A stretch of DNA of 38,726 bases from positions 1-38,726 of the IMG/VR virus record IMGVR_UViG_3300034073_001913. The stretch is one strand, 5' to 3'. Under the pieces are notes generated by a model. It saw nothing but the letters and a program-made list of their open reading frames with translations. It did no database searches and was not told where the DNA came from. Below are positions 1 to 7,190 of the stretch, piece after piece. The DNA is from a virus. Taxonomy: Duplodnaviria > Caudoviricetes. Positions within the stretch are counted from its first letter, which is position 1; each line of letters begins with the position of its first letter. The translations under genes were made by a program, and so were the position numbers.

Positions 1-438
1 AATGTAATCCCATGCACGGGGATCTTGGAGGGAGTATTCAGAGAAGACGACTCCAACGGGATTGGCACCGACCAATCGGTCCACGTTGTCGGTACCCACC
101 ACCTGATAGATCGAGCCATTCTTCAGCGTCAGCCGCATCTCCGTGTTGTTGACGGCCTCCCACATCTCCTTAGGAAAGTGTTCGATAAACTTGCGGCCAT
201 CACGGGTCATCCCGTCCCAGGCAATCTTACGGCCCTGGTTATAAGTCGGGAACAGATGCCAGTATAAACCAGGTCTGGTCAGAGCAGAGACAGCGCACCA
301 GTTGACAGACAGCAAGTCTTTGCCAGCTCGCCGGTGCCAAACAGCCACGGCCCGTTTACCGCCGTCCTCCATAAACTTCCACAAGGGAAACTGATAAGGA
401 CGTGGTGCCCAATCAAGTGGTACCGTTATCTCCGCCAT
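1..438 (-). CDS. terL: Terminase large subunit, N-terminal ATPase part (runs off the window start; not in the ORF track)
   Basis: Manual translation from ATG at 438: MAEITVPLDWAPRPYQ...AVAVWHRRAGKD (Walker A)...GVVFSEYS (Walker B). Overlaps the terS stop. Confidence 0.93.
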   Translation of the reverse strand, partial: MAEITVPLDWAPRPYQFPLWKFMEDGGKRAVAVWHRRAGKDLLSVNWCAVSALTRPGLYWHLFPTYNQGRKIAWDGMTRDGRKFIEHFPKEMWEAVNNTEMRLTLKNGSIYQVVGTDNVDRLVGANPVGVVFSEYSLQDPRAWDYI

Positions 439-727
439 CGGAATCCTTTACAACATCGCTAAACCGTACGACGTTAATGTTGAATGAACCGCTGCCCTCG
501 ATCTCCATCTCAACAGCCTTGCGCTTGGGAGCCACATACTGAGCCAGCTCTTTATACGCCTGGAACTTCAGTTCTTGGCTAGCTGTCGGATCAGCGGCAA
601 TCATGGCCATACCCTCAATGGGGTCGCAATCAAGGGCTGCTAGCTTTTCTTCGATCTCTTGGGTTCGTTTGTTCTTGGAGCCCGCAGGACGGCCGGCTCC
701 TTCTCGTTTACCGCCAATTTGTGCCAT
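413..727 (-). CDS. terS: Terminase small subunit
   Basis: N-terminus GGKREGAGRPAGSKNK and ELAQYVAPKRKA motif; AGGAGG RBS before ATG 727; directly upstream of terL. Confidence 0.8.
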   Translation of the reverse strand: MAQIGGKREGAGRPAGSKNKRTQEIEEKLAALDCDPIEGMAMIAADPTASQELKFQAYKELAQYVAPKRKAVEMEIEGSGSFNINVVRFSDVVKDSDGGDNGTT

Positions 728-746
728 GGTCCGTACCTCCTGTTTC

Positions 747-778
747 AGATAATATAGGAACTTTGAGACATTGTACAT
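747..778 (-). promoter_or_regulatory. Putative leftward promoter for the terminase genes
   Basis: Minus strand ATGTAC-N18-TATTAT, then CTGAAACAGGAGG RBS. Confidence 0.5.
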
Positions 779-810
779 AGATCCCCTGAATTTTGCTTGG
801 GGTCATACGG

Positions 811-882
811 TTATTGGCATATTGTATTGATTGGCATTCTCTGCAATTTTCACACGCTGTGCTCTGTTTTTCCCTATACTAA
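811..882 (-). repeat. Bipartite element copy 1 (inverted relative to 2296-2367)
   Basis: Minus strand TTAGTATAGGGAAAAA-N31-GCCAATCAATACAATAtgCCAATAA. Confidence 0.9.
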
Positions 883-1318
883 CCCCAATATGCACGGATT
901 TTTGCCGATTTAGCTTGAAATGCCCCCGCAGGTCAACTGACTAGGCGCTTCTAGGCCTCACCCGCGCCAGCCGACGCCCGGGCCCCGGTCCCAGGACCAG
1001 GACACGAGCCGGCAAGAAACATGCTTCTATATATAGAGCCATGAATCGAGGACCAAAAAGCCTGCAGAATTAACGGAAATAAGCAGAAAAAGAAGCAGGG
1101 AGCAGGCAACACGGACAAAGGCGGAGGGTCGGGAGGATAGAAATGGCAGGGAGAGAGGAGGAAAAAACCTGATTTTTAATCAGTGGAAGAAAGTGGTGTG
1201 ATGAAGGTCAGAAGAGTCTACAGCTCGCGACAGTTCGTACATTGACGGAAGAAGGAAAGAAAGAGTTCAAGTGATCGATAAGTTTTATTGATCAAAAGCA
1301 GGCTTCCAATAAAAATAA

Positions 1319-1362
1319 TTATTCGAATAAATTGTGTACTTTGCAGATAAATGCGGTACAAT
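1319..1362 (+). promoter_or_regulatory. Putative early promoter with upstream palindrome
   Basis: TTATTCGAATAA palindrome (1319-1330), then GTGTAC-N17-TACAAT (1334-1362). Confidence 0.6.
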
Positions 1363-1405
1363 CAACTCACGGGACAAATTGTTTCGTACATAAAGGAGAA
1401 TTGGA

Positions 1406-1489
1406 ATGAAGAACTACGGATTCGAAATTTTGTCTGTTTGCTATTGTTTGTTGATGATCGTGACAGCAGTCATGATGATGACTTTTTAA
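1406..1489 (+). CDS. 27-aa hydrophobic membrane peptide, first early gene (not in the ORF track)
   Basis: AAAGGAG RBS at 1392; MKNYGFEILSVCYCLLMIVTAVMMMTF*; stop abuts the next RBS. Confidence 0.65.
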   Translation: MKNYGFEILSVCYCLLMIVTAVMMMTF

Positions 1490-1504
1490 TAAAGGAGAAT
1501 TTTT

Positions 1505-1723
1505 ATGATCACAATCGATTTGTCTGGTCCACAAGGTAATGCGTTCTACCTTATTGGTCTTGGTAAAAAAATCGGACGCCAATTGGAGCGTCCATGGGAA
1601 CATGTCAACAACGTCGTCAATGAGATGATGAGTGGTGATTACCAGAACCTTCTTGACGTTTTTGCCCGCGAGTATGGGGATTTTGTGGAGTTCACAGGAG
1701 ACAATGATGGCGAAGAGTTTTAA
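1505..1723 (+). CDS. Small phage protein with a GPxGNAF motif
   Basis: Strong AAAGGAG RBS; IDLSGPQGNAF motif I recall from small phage proteins. Confidence 0.8.
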   Translation: MITIDLSGPQGNAFYLIGLGKKIGRQLERPWEHVNNVVNEMMSGDYQNLLDVFAREYGDFVEFTGDNDGEEF

Positions 1724-1964
1724 GGTTTTGACGTTCACAAGAGAACAAGCGATCGAACAATTGATGGAGACAAATGCTAATTTTTATTGGCAAGATCCCC
1801 ATCAAGCCGTGGAGAACTATCTTGCTGTGTTGAGGACTGGTTTGAAGGGCTACGACAAGATGACAAGCATCGAACTTATCCAAGAATTGGAGGGTTCGAC
1901 GTTTTACGGTGAAAATGTGGAAATCACGATTAGAAAGGAGATTGGTGATGGCGAAATCATTTGA
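1704..1964 (+). CDS. Hypothetical early protein (starts MMAKSFKVLT)
   Basis: AGGAG RBS at 1696-1700; overlaps the upstream stop. Confidence 0.75.
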   Translation: MMAKSFKVLTFTREQAIEQLMETNANFYWQDPHQAVENYLAVLRTGLKGYDKMTSIELIQELEGSTFYGENVEITIRKEIGDGEII

Positions 1965-2271
1965 GGTTTTAACCCGTAAAGATGATCTTATGGTCTTCAA
2001 TGGGGGAAGTCTGAAGGGATACGTTCGGACAGATTTTAAGAAGTTGTGCGAACTTTTTGGAACTCCCACTCACGGGCCGTTTGATCCAGAGGGTGACAAG
2101 GTAACTTGTGAGTGGCGGATCGTCACGGACGAGGGTTTGCATGTGACCATCTACGACTGGAAGATGGGGGAAACCCCATTGGACGAATACGACTGGCACA
2201 TTGGCGGACACGCGTTCGAGAACATCGACTGGATCAATAGTTTTGGTCTTGCTGCGTGGAAGTGGAGGTAA
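1948..2271 (+). CDS. Hypothetical early protein (starts MAKSFEVLT; DKVTCEW and TIYDWK motifs)
   Basis: AAAGGAG RBS; LFGxP...DKVxxEW...TIYDWK...WHIGG pattern I recall from small phage proteins. Confidence 0.8.
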   Translation: MAKSFEVLTRKDDLMVFNGGSLKGYVRTDFKKLCELFGTPTHGPFDPEGDKVTCEWRIVTDEGLHVTIYDWKMGETPLDEYDWHIGGHAFENIDWINSFGLAAWKWR

Positions 2272-2295
2272 CCAGGGGGATCTGTATTGCCTCTA

Positions 2296-2367
2296 TTAGT
2301 ATAGGGAAAAAAAAATTTTTTTCTTCATTTCATGTCCCCTTGGCCAATCAATACAATAACCCAATAA
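2296..2367 (+). repeat. Bipartite element copy 2
   Basis: TTAGTATAGGGAAAAA-N31-GCCAATCAATACAATAacCCAATAA; an A9T7 run spans the first box and the spacer. Confidence 0.9.
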
Positions 2368-2438
2368 GCCCTTGAATTTGCATATATAAAAGGGGCCCAA
2401 AAGTTATTAACAAAATGCGCCAATAATCTGATCGGACT

Positions 2439-2489
2439 ATGTACGTGATTCTTGGTCCATGGTACGATGTAATTCCGCACTTTTGCGGA
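2439..2489 (+). promoter_or_regulatory. Putative promoter plus 5' leader hairpin
   Basis: ATGTAC-N18-TACGAT, then TCCGCA-CTTT-TGCGGA hairpin and ACATAAAGGAGAA RBS. Confidence 0.55.
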
Positions 2490-2504
2490 CATAAAGGAGA
2501 AAGT

Positions 2505-2705
2505 ATGAAAGTCAGTGAGTTGATTGAAATTTTGCAAGATCACAGGCAAGACGACATTGTCGTCATCGCCAAGGGTCATGCCAGACCGTTCGTTTCAGGC
2601 GTTCGTGGAGTCGTGAAGTCCACAACTGGGTCGCCAGTCTTTTTAGTCGAGGACTACGACACTCAGCCCTTGAGCATCGACGTGTGGAGGTTGCTCGATG
2701 AGTAA
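2505..2705 (+). CDS. Hypothetical protein (MKVSELIEIL)
   Basis: AAAGGAG RBS; common phage N-terminus MKVxELIExL. Confidence 0.75.
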   Translation: MKVSELIEILQDHRQDDIVVIAKGHARPFVSGVRGVVKSTTGSPVFLVEDYDTQPLSIDVWRLLDE

Positions 2706-3177
2706 TATCGAACTTTGCACCAGTGTAGAGGAGCTCAAGAAGTATTCCATGCAAGACTTGTCTTCGTTGTATTCGAAGATCGTCAAGGCCCATTGTCCGA
2801 AGTTCAGTGACAAGACAGTTGCCGCCAAGAGGATTCTTCCCTTGCTCGAACAAAAACGTGCCGAGTCCAAGTTGACGTTCGTCGATCCACCTAAGGATTT
2901 GTCGAAGCTCATCAAGGTACGTGGTCGTCCAAAGGGTCAGTTGTCCTCGCGCCTGTATCACTTCAACTTCGACAAGTTCTACGATCGCGAGCGTGATTTT
3001 GCCCCGCAGGCTCGTCAGATGATCCGGGCTTTGGCAGCCAAGAACGTCGACACGTTTACCGAAGCCGAGTTGATCCCTCTGATCGCCGTCAAGACGAAGC
3101 AAGATCCGTGGCGCATTTTCCAGTATTATCGCCCACAGATGGTTAGTCGCGGAGTCTTAAGGCTCGAGAATGCGTAA
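2698..3177 (+). CDS. Putative DNA-binding protein (AT-hook-like RGRPK plus C-terminal winged-helix-like domain)
   Basis: RGRPKG; C-terminal KTKQDPWRIFQYY...G resembles 4311-4538. Confidence 0.6.
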   Translation: MSNIELCTSVEELKKYSMQDLSSLYSKIVKAHCPKFSDKTVAAKRILPLLEQKRAESKLTFVDPPKDLSKLIKVRGRPKGQLSSRLYHFNFDKFYDRERDFAPQARQMIRALAAKNVDTFTEAELIPLIAVKTKQDPWRIFQYYRPQMVSRGVLRLENA

Positions 3178-3283
3178 CCCGTCAGACTTTGAAGCCTTGC
3201 TGATTATGATCGCCATTCCCGCAGCAGTGGTAATTGTACTAGTACTATTATTCCTGCTCCGGGCGGCAATTTTCGGCATATAA
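3170..3283 (+). CDS. 37-aa single-TM peptide (not in the ORF track)
   Basis: MRNPSDFEALLIMIAIPAAVVIVLVLLFLLRAAIFGI*; 8-nt start/stop overlap like the one at 2698-2705. Confidence 0.6.
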   Translation: MRNPSDFEALLIMIAIPAAVVIVLVLLFLLRAAIFGI

Positions 3284-3315
3284 TGGCCATTCCAACCTCT
3301 AGAAAGGAGAATTTT

Positions 3316-4296
3316 ATGGCTCACTTAATCGAATCCATGGCTTACGCCAACGCAGTTCCCTGGCACGGTCTTGGTGCTCAAGTTTCTGATGCTTTGACAC
3401 CAGACGAAATGCTAATTGCTGCAGGTCTTGATTGGACCGTCAGCCGTCGTTCTATCTTCACCACGCAGACCCCAGGCGACATCAACGCCTCTGAGGGCAG
3501 CCTCAAGACCAACGAATGGGGGCTCCTTGTCCGCGATTCTGACAACAAGATCCTAGGTCCTTGCGGCAAGAACTACATTCCGATGCAAAATGCCGAAGTC
3601 TTCCGCTTTTTCGACAAGTTTGTCAAGGCCGGTCACATGAAGATGGAGACCGCAGGTTCCTTAGACGGAGGTCGTCAGATCTGGGGCCTTGCAGCCATCA
3701 ACCAGGGCTTCGAGCTGCCCGGCGGTGACGAAGTTAACGGCTATTTGCTGATCAGTCAGCCGCACGTCTGGGGCAAGTCACTGAACATCATGTTCACGCC
3801 GATCCGAGTCGTTTGCAATAACACCCTGACTCAGGCTTTGGGGCAAGCTGGCCAACGGTTTACCATGTCGCACATACGTCAGTTTGACCAGGATGTGATC
3901 CAGAAGGCCGAAACAGCCTTAGGCCTTGCTACCCATCAACTCGATGCTTTCAAGGTCACCGCGGAGCTCCTGGCAAGAGTGGGGTACCAAGAAAAGCAAG
4001 TCACCGAGTACATCGCCAAGCTGTTCAGTCCTGCACTGGCCGAAACAGGCGACGAAATTACGCGAGACATGTTCACAAGGTCTGCGGACGAAGTCTATAA
4101 TTGCCTTCACACGCAGCCAGGAGCCGCCATGTCCGAAGGATCTTGGTGGTCTGCCCTGAATGCCGTGACGTTCTACGTCGATCACAAGGCAGGTCGCAAT
4201 CGCGATGCTGCGTTGAACTCGGCTTGGTTTGGCCCGCGTGCCGCCCTCAAGCGGAAGGCCTTAGATTTGGCAGTCGAGTACGCGCAAGCTGCCTAA
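3316..4296 (+). CDS. DUF932 (TIGR03299-like) phage/plasmid protein
   Basis: PWHGLG, AGLDWTV, ETAGSLDGGR, TPIRVVCNNTL and WSALNAVT motifs; RBS before ATG 3316. Confidence 0.9.
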   Translation: MAHLIESMAYANAVPWHGLGAQVSDALTPDEMLIAAGLDWTVSRRSIFTTQTPGDINASEGSLKTNEWGLLVRDSDNKILGPCGKNYIPMQNAEVFRFFDKFVKAGHMKMETAGSLDGGRQIWGLAAINQGFELPGGDEVNGYLLISQPHVWGKSLNIMFTPIRVVCNNTLTQALGQAGQRFTMSHIRQFDQDVIQKAETALGLATHQLDAFKVTAELLARVGYQEKQVTEYIAKLFSPALAETGDEITRDMFTRSADEVYNCLHTQPGAAMSEGSWWSALNAVTFYVDHKAGRNRDAALNSAWFGPRAALKRKALDLAVEYAQAA

Positions 4297-4310
4297 CAGG
4301 AGAAACCAGG

Positions 4311-4538
4311 ATGGTGACTTACCGCTTCGTTCAAGTACCAGATGTCTCACTTGCAAAGCAGGCCAAGGCCATTCTGGCGATCATTGAGGAAGCTGGCGAG
4401 ATCGGTAAAACCGAGCTTTTGTCCGTTGTCGGCCAACGCCTCAAGAGTCGTCAGAAGCCGCAACGCTTGCTCAGCTATTATCAGGGCAGCTTGATTAAGA
4501 CAGGCAGCATCGAAGCAATTCGTTCCGTGGTACGATAG
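4311..4538 (+). CDS. Small winged-helix-like protein, paralog of the 2698-3177 C-terminus
   Basis: AGGAG RBS; AKQAKAIL...KSRQKPQRLLSYY...G. Confidence 0.65.
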   Translation: MVTYRFVQVPDVSLAKQAKAILAIIEEAGEIGKTELLSVVGQRLKSRQKPQRLLSYYQGSLIKTGSIEAIRSVVR

Positions 4539-4599
4539 TCACGGAGTCGTTCCGAGGCCGACTTTAAACGCCTCGACCACCCCTTAGAAAGGAAAACGT

Positions 4600-5439
4600 A
4601 TGGCAAATGAAAGAGGAAAAGCAATCGATAAGACGTTCTTGTCTGTCGATAATGCGGAAGAACGCGGTTTCTTGCACCGTGATTACATCGCCCATTGTCT
4701 TCGCTGGACGCACGTCGTCAAGTGGCTGCATCAGGGTGGTCGTTACAAGACAGCCCGGATTCTTGACGTAGGTTGCGGCAAAGAGATGCCGTTGGCCAAG
4801 CTCATGCATTCGTCACGCCTTGGTCCACAGTTCTATGCAGCAGCAGACGTCAGCAAGCTTAGCATGCCTGAACAGTTTGCCAAGAGCACTTGGAAACCCA
4901 GCCAGTTGCTAGGCGAGTGTGATGCTGCCGTTTTAAAGCCAGAGGAAATTGAACAGGTTCCCAACACGATCGTCTGTTTTGAGGTTGCCGAGCACATCGA
5001 ACCAGAGCACTGTCGTCGTCTACTGACGAACTTCGGCGCTTTGCTAGAAGACGATGGTACCTTGTTCATCTCAACCCCTTGCTGGGATCCTGATGTAGGA
5101 GCCGCTGCTAACCACGTCAATGAGATGACGTACCTTGCTTTTGGTTCCTTGCTTGAAGACATCGGTTGGCGTGTTGAAGGGCACTGGGGCACGTTTGCCT
5201 CGATGCGCGACTACAAGGACCAGCTACCACCCGCCCATAAGGAGGTGTTTGATGCCATGCGAGACTACTACGACAGCAACTACTTGGCGACCATCTTTGC
5301 ACCGCTGTATCCTCAATACAGTCGCAATTGTTTGTGGCAGCTTAAGTGGAACCCAGGCGGTAGCCGACAATTCCCTGATCTACGTGATGTCGAAGGACGT
5401 TGGGGTAGCAGTGAAAAGTGGAGAGAACTTCTTGCCTAA
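4600..5439 (+). CDS. Class I SAM-dependent methyltransferase (small-molecule / UbiG-like type)
   Basis: ILDVGCG motif I, CFEVAEHI, LFISTP and NHVNE; no D/NPPY or ENV DNA-methyltransferase motifs. Confidence 0.85.
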   Translation: MANERGKAIDKTFLSVDNAEERGFLHRDYIAHCLRWTHVVKWLHQGGRYKTARILDVGCGKEMPLAKLMHSSRLGPQFYAAADVSKLSMPEQFAKSTWKPSQLLGECDAAVLKPEEIEQVPNTIVCFEVAEHIEPEHCRRLLTNFGALLEDDGTLFISTPCWDPDVGAAANHVNEMTYLAFGSLLEDIGWRVEGHWGTFASMRDYKDQLPPAHKEVFDAMRDYYDSNYLATIFAPLYPQYSRNCLWQLKWNPGGSRQFPDLRDVEGRWGSSEKWRELLA

Positions 5440-5513
5440 TGTGGGCTGGTTCTTTTTGACGATGGTGGCGCTGGTCGCCATCGTTATTTACTTAGAGATT
5501 AGAAAGGATAAAC

Positions 5514-5870
5514 ATGTGGAACGACATCAAGGCATTTCACGAGAAATTCGGCCTGGAGTATACAGGCGAACCAAGAGATCTACCGAAGGATCTGGCAAGC
5601 TTCCGGATAAGTTTCATCTTTGAGGAACTCGATGAACTCATTATCGCCGAAAATAAAACCGATCAGCTCGACGCGCTGGTGGACCTCTGCTACGTGGTCA
5701 TGGGCACTGCTTATCTACAAGGCTTTGACTTCCAAGCCGCGTGGGACCGCGTCCATCAAGCAAACATGGCGAAGATTCGTGGCCCATCGAAACGCAGTGA
5801 AGGTTATGACGTCATCAAGCCTGAAGGGTGGACGGCACCCGATCTTCGAGATCTAGCAGGAGAAGCGTGA
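5514..5870 (+). CDS. MazG/PRA-PH-like all-alpha dNTP pyrophosphohydrolase
   Basis: FHEKFG, EELDEL, DALVDLCYV, VHQANMAK and KPEGW motifs. Confidence 0.88.
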   Translation: MWNDIKAFHEKFGLEYTGEPRDLPKDLASFRISFIFEELDELIIAENKTDQLDALVDLCYVVMGTAYLQGFDFQAAWDRVHQANMAKIRGPSKRSEGYDVIKPEGWTAPDLRDLAGEA

Positions 5871-6037
5871 TGGCTGACTATGTGAAATTCATCGCTGACA
5901 CTCAGAAAGAAGCAGAGGCTAAGGCTGCTGAGTACGTCAAGACCGAAGACTTCATGCGTCAGCCTCACGTGTATTCATCTAGTCCCACTGAGAATGGTAA
6001 GTGGCTTGTCATCGTAAAACTATGGGGGCTTGACTGA
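5870..6037 (+). CDS. Hypothetical 55-aa protein
   Basis: AGGAG RBS; TGATG coupling at both ends. Confidence 0.65.
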   Translation: MADYVKFIADTQKEAEAKAAEYVKTEDFMRQPHVYSSSPTENGKWLVIVKLWGLD

Positions 6038-6192
6038 TGACCATCACACTAACCCGCGAGGAAGCGCAGCAAATCCTGGCTGCCCTGGAACAATTAGAGG
6101 GGTGGGATACTGCAACACAAGGTGACTTTGTTTTTGACCCATCAGACGAAATCGAAATCCTTTGCTCGAAGTTAAAGGAGAAGAACACATGA
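6037..6192 (+). CDS. Hypothetical 51-aa protein MTITLTREEAQQIL...KLKEKNT (not in the ORF track)
   Basis: Fills the gap exactly; TGATG start overlap and ATGA end overlap. Confidence 0.7.
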   Translation: MTITLTREEAQQILAALEQLEGWDTATQGDFVFDPSDEIEILCSKLKEKNT

Positions 6193-7190
6193 TTTTTATT
6201 CTTGAAGGTCCTGATGGTGCAGGCAAGACAACACTAGCTCAGCACATGGCCAAGCAGCTCGACGCCACGTACTTGCATCTGAGTTACCGTTGGCCTGATC
6301 ACATGTTTGAGTATCACACAGCAGCAATTCGCTGGGCCATTCGCAAAAGTCACAAGAAGCCAGTCATCATTGACAGGTGGTGGCCAAGCGAAGCTTTGTA
6401 TGCAGCTGAGTATCGTGGCGGCAGTAAGTGGAGTCAAATGGGTCGCATGATGGATCGCGTTGCACGCAAGCACGGTGCAGTGTACATCTACTGTTTGCCT
6501 GAAGATCTTGTCGAGTACGAAAAACGCTTTGACAAGTTGAAGTCTGAGCGTGAAGAGATGTACGACAGCGTGATGGGGGTTGCTGCACGTTACCGGTTCC
6601 TTTGGCATGGTGACAAGGTGCACGTACCAAATGAAAACTATTCTGATCTCTTGATTAGGACAGGTGGAGTCAAGGCAAGACGAGACCACGTGTACTACTC
6701 AATTGAATCATGGGGAGACAAGCTTGAGCTATTTACTGAATACGCCTATGATCGTGCTTTGGAGAGAATACACTCTCAATTGCCTGGCTCTATGGACGAA
6801 CCTAATTTACTTGGACACCTCAAAGAAGCAGAGTACGTCTTTGTCGGCGAGCGAGTGAAGCCTAAGTACAACAACCTTGAGTGGCCTTGGTATGACTATG
6901 GTCATTCAAGCTTGTATCTTGCACAAGCGCTGCATGAGGTGCCCGTGCGTGAAGAGATCTTGATGTGGGGCAATGCCCTTAATCATGATGGTACCACAAA
7001 CAAGATTTTGCCAGCCCTTGCTGAAGCAAAACCTGAATTGAAGTTCATTGCAGTTGGCAAGGTTGCACTGTCATACCTCAGCAAACAAGGCATTGAAGTC
7101 TTTGAACACGTGAAGCATCCTGCCTTTGTGAAAAGGTTTGAAGGCGACACATCATACATGAGGGAGATATTGCGCCATGCCATCCACTAA
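6189..7190 (+). CDS. dNMP (thymidylate-type) kinase fused to a C-terminal UDG-superfamily-like domain
   Basis: ILEGPDGAGKTT P-loop and IIDRWWPSE..Y; C-terminal YVFVGE...SLYL...WGNA...IAVGKVA...KHPAF. Confidence 0.8.
   Translation: MIFILEGPDGAGKTTLAQHMAKQLDATYLHLSYRWPDHMFEYHTAAIRWAIRKSHKKPVIIDRWWPSEALYAAEYRGGSKWSQMGRMMDRVARKHGAVYIYCLPEDLVEYEKRFDKLKSEREEMYDSVMGVAARYRFLWHGDKVHVPNENYSDLLIRTGGVKARRDHVYYSIESWGDKLELFTEYAYDRALERIHSQLPGSMDEPNLLGHLKEAEYVFVGERVKPKYNNLEWPWYDYGHSSLYLAQALHEVPVREEILMWGNALNHDGTTNKILPALAEAKPELKFIAVGKVALSYLSKQGIEVFEHVKHPAFVKRFEGDTSYMREILRHAIH

Noticed and set aside
25-267. 80-aa + strand ORF
   Set aside because: Antisense shadow of terL, which has clear Walker motifs
1351-1539. 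62-aa ORF
   Set aside because: Starts inside the predicted promoter with no RBS; the 1406 and 1505 ORFs have strong RBSs
811-2367. CRISPR array, IS ends or att sites
   Set aside because: Only two inverted copies, and no cas, transposase or integrase in the window
4600-5439. C5 or N6/N4 DNA methyltransferase call
   Set aside because: The PC dipeptide sits in an STP motif of small-molecule methyltransferases; no FxGxG/ENV or D/NPPY
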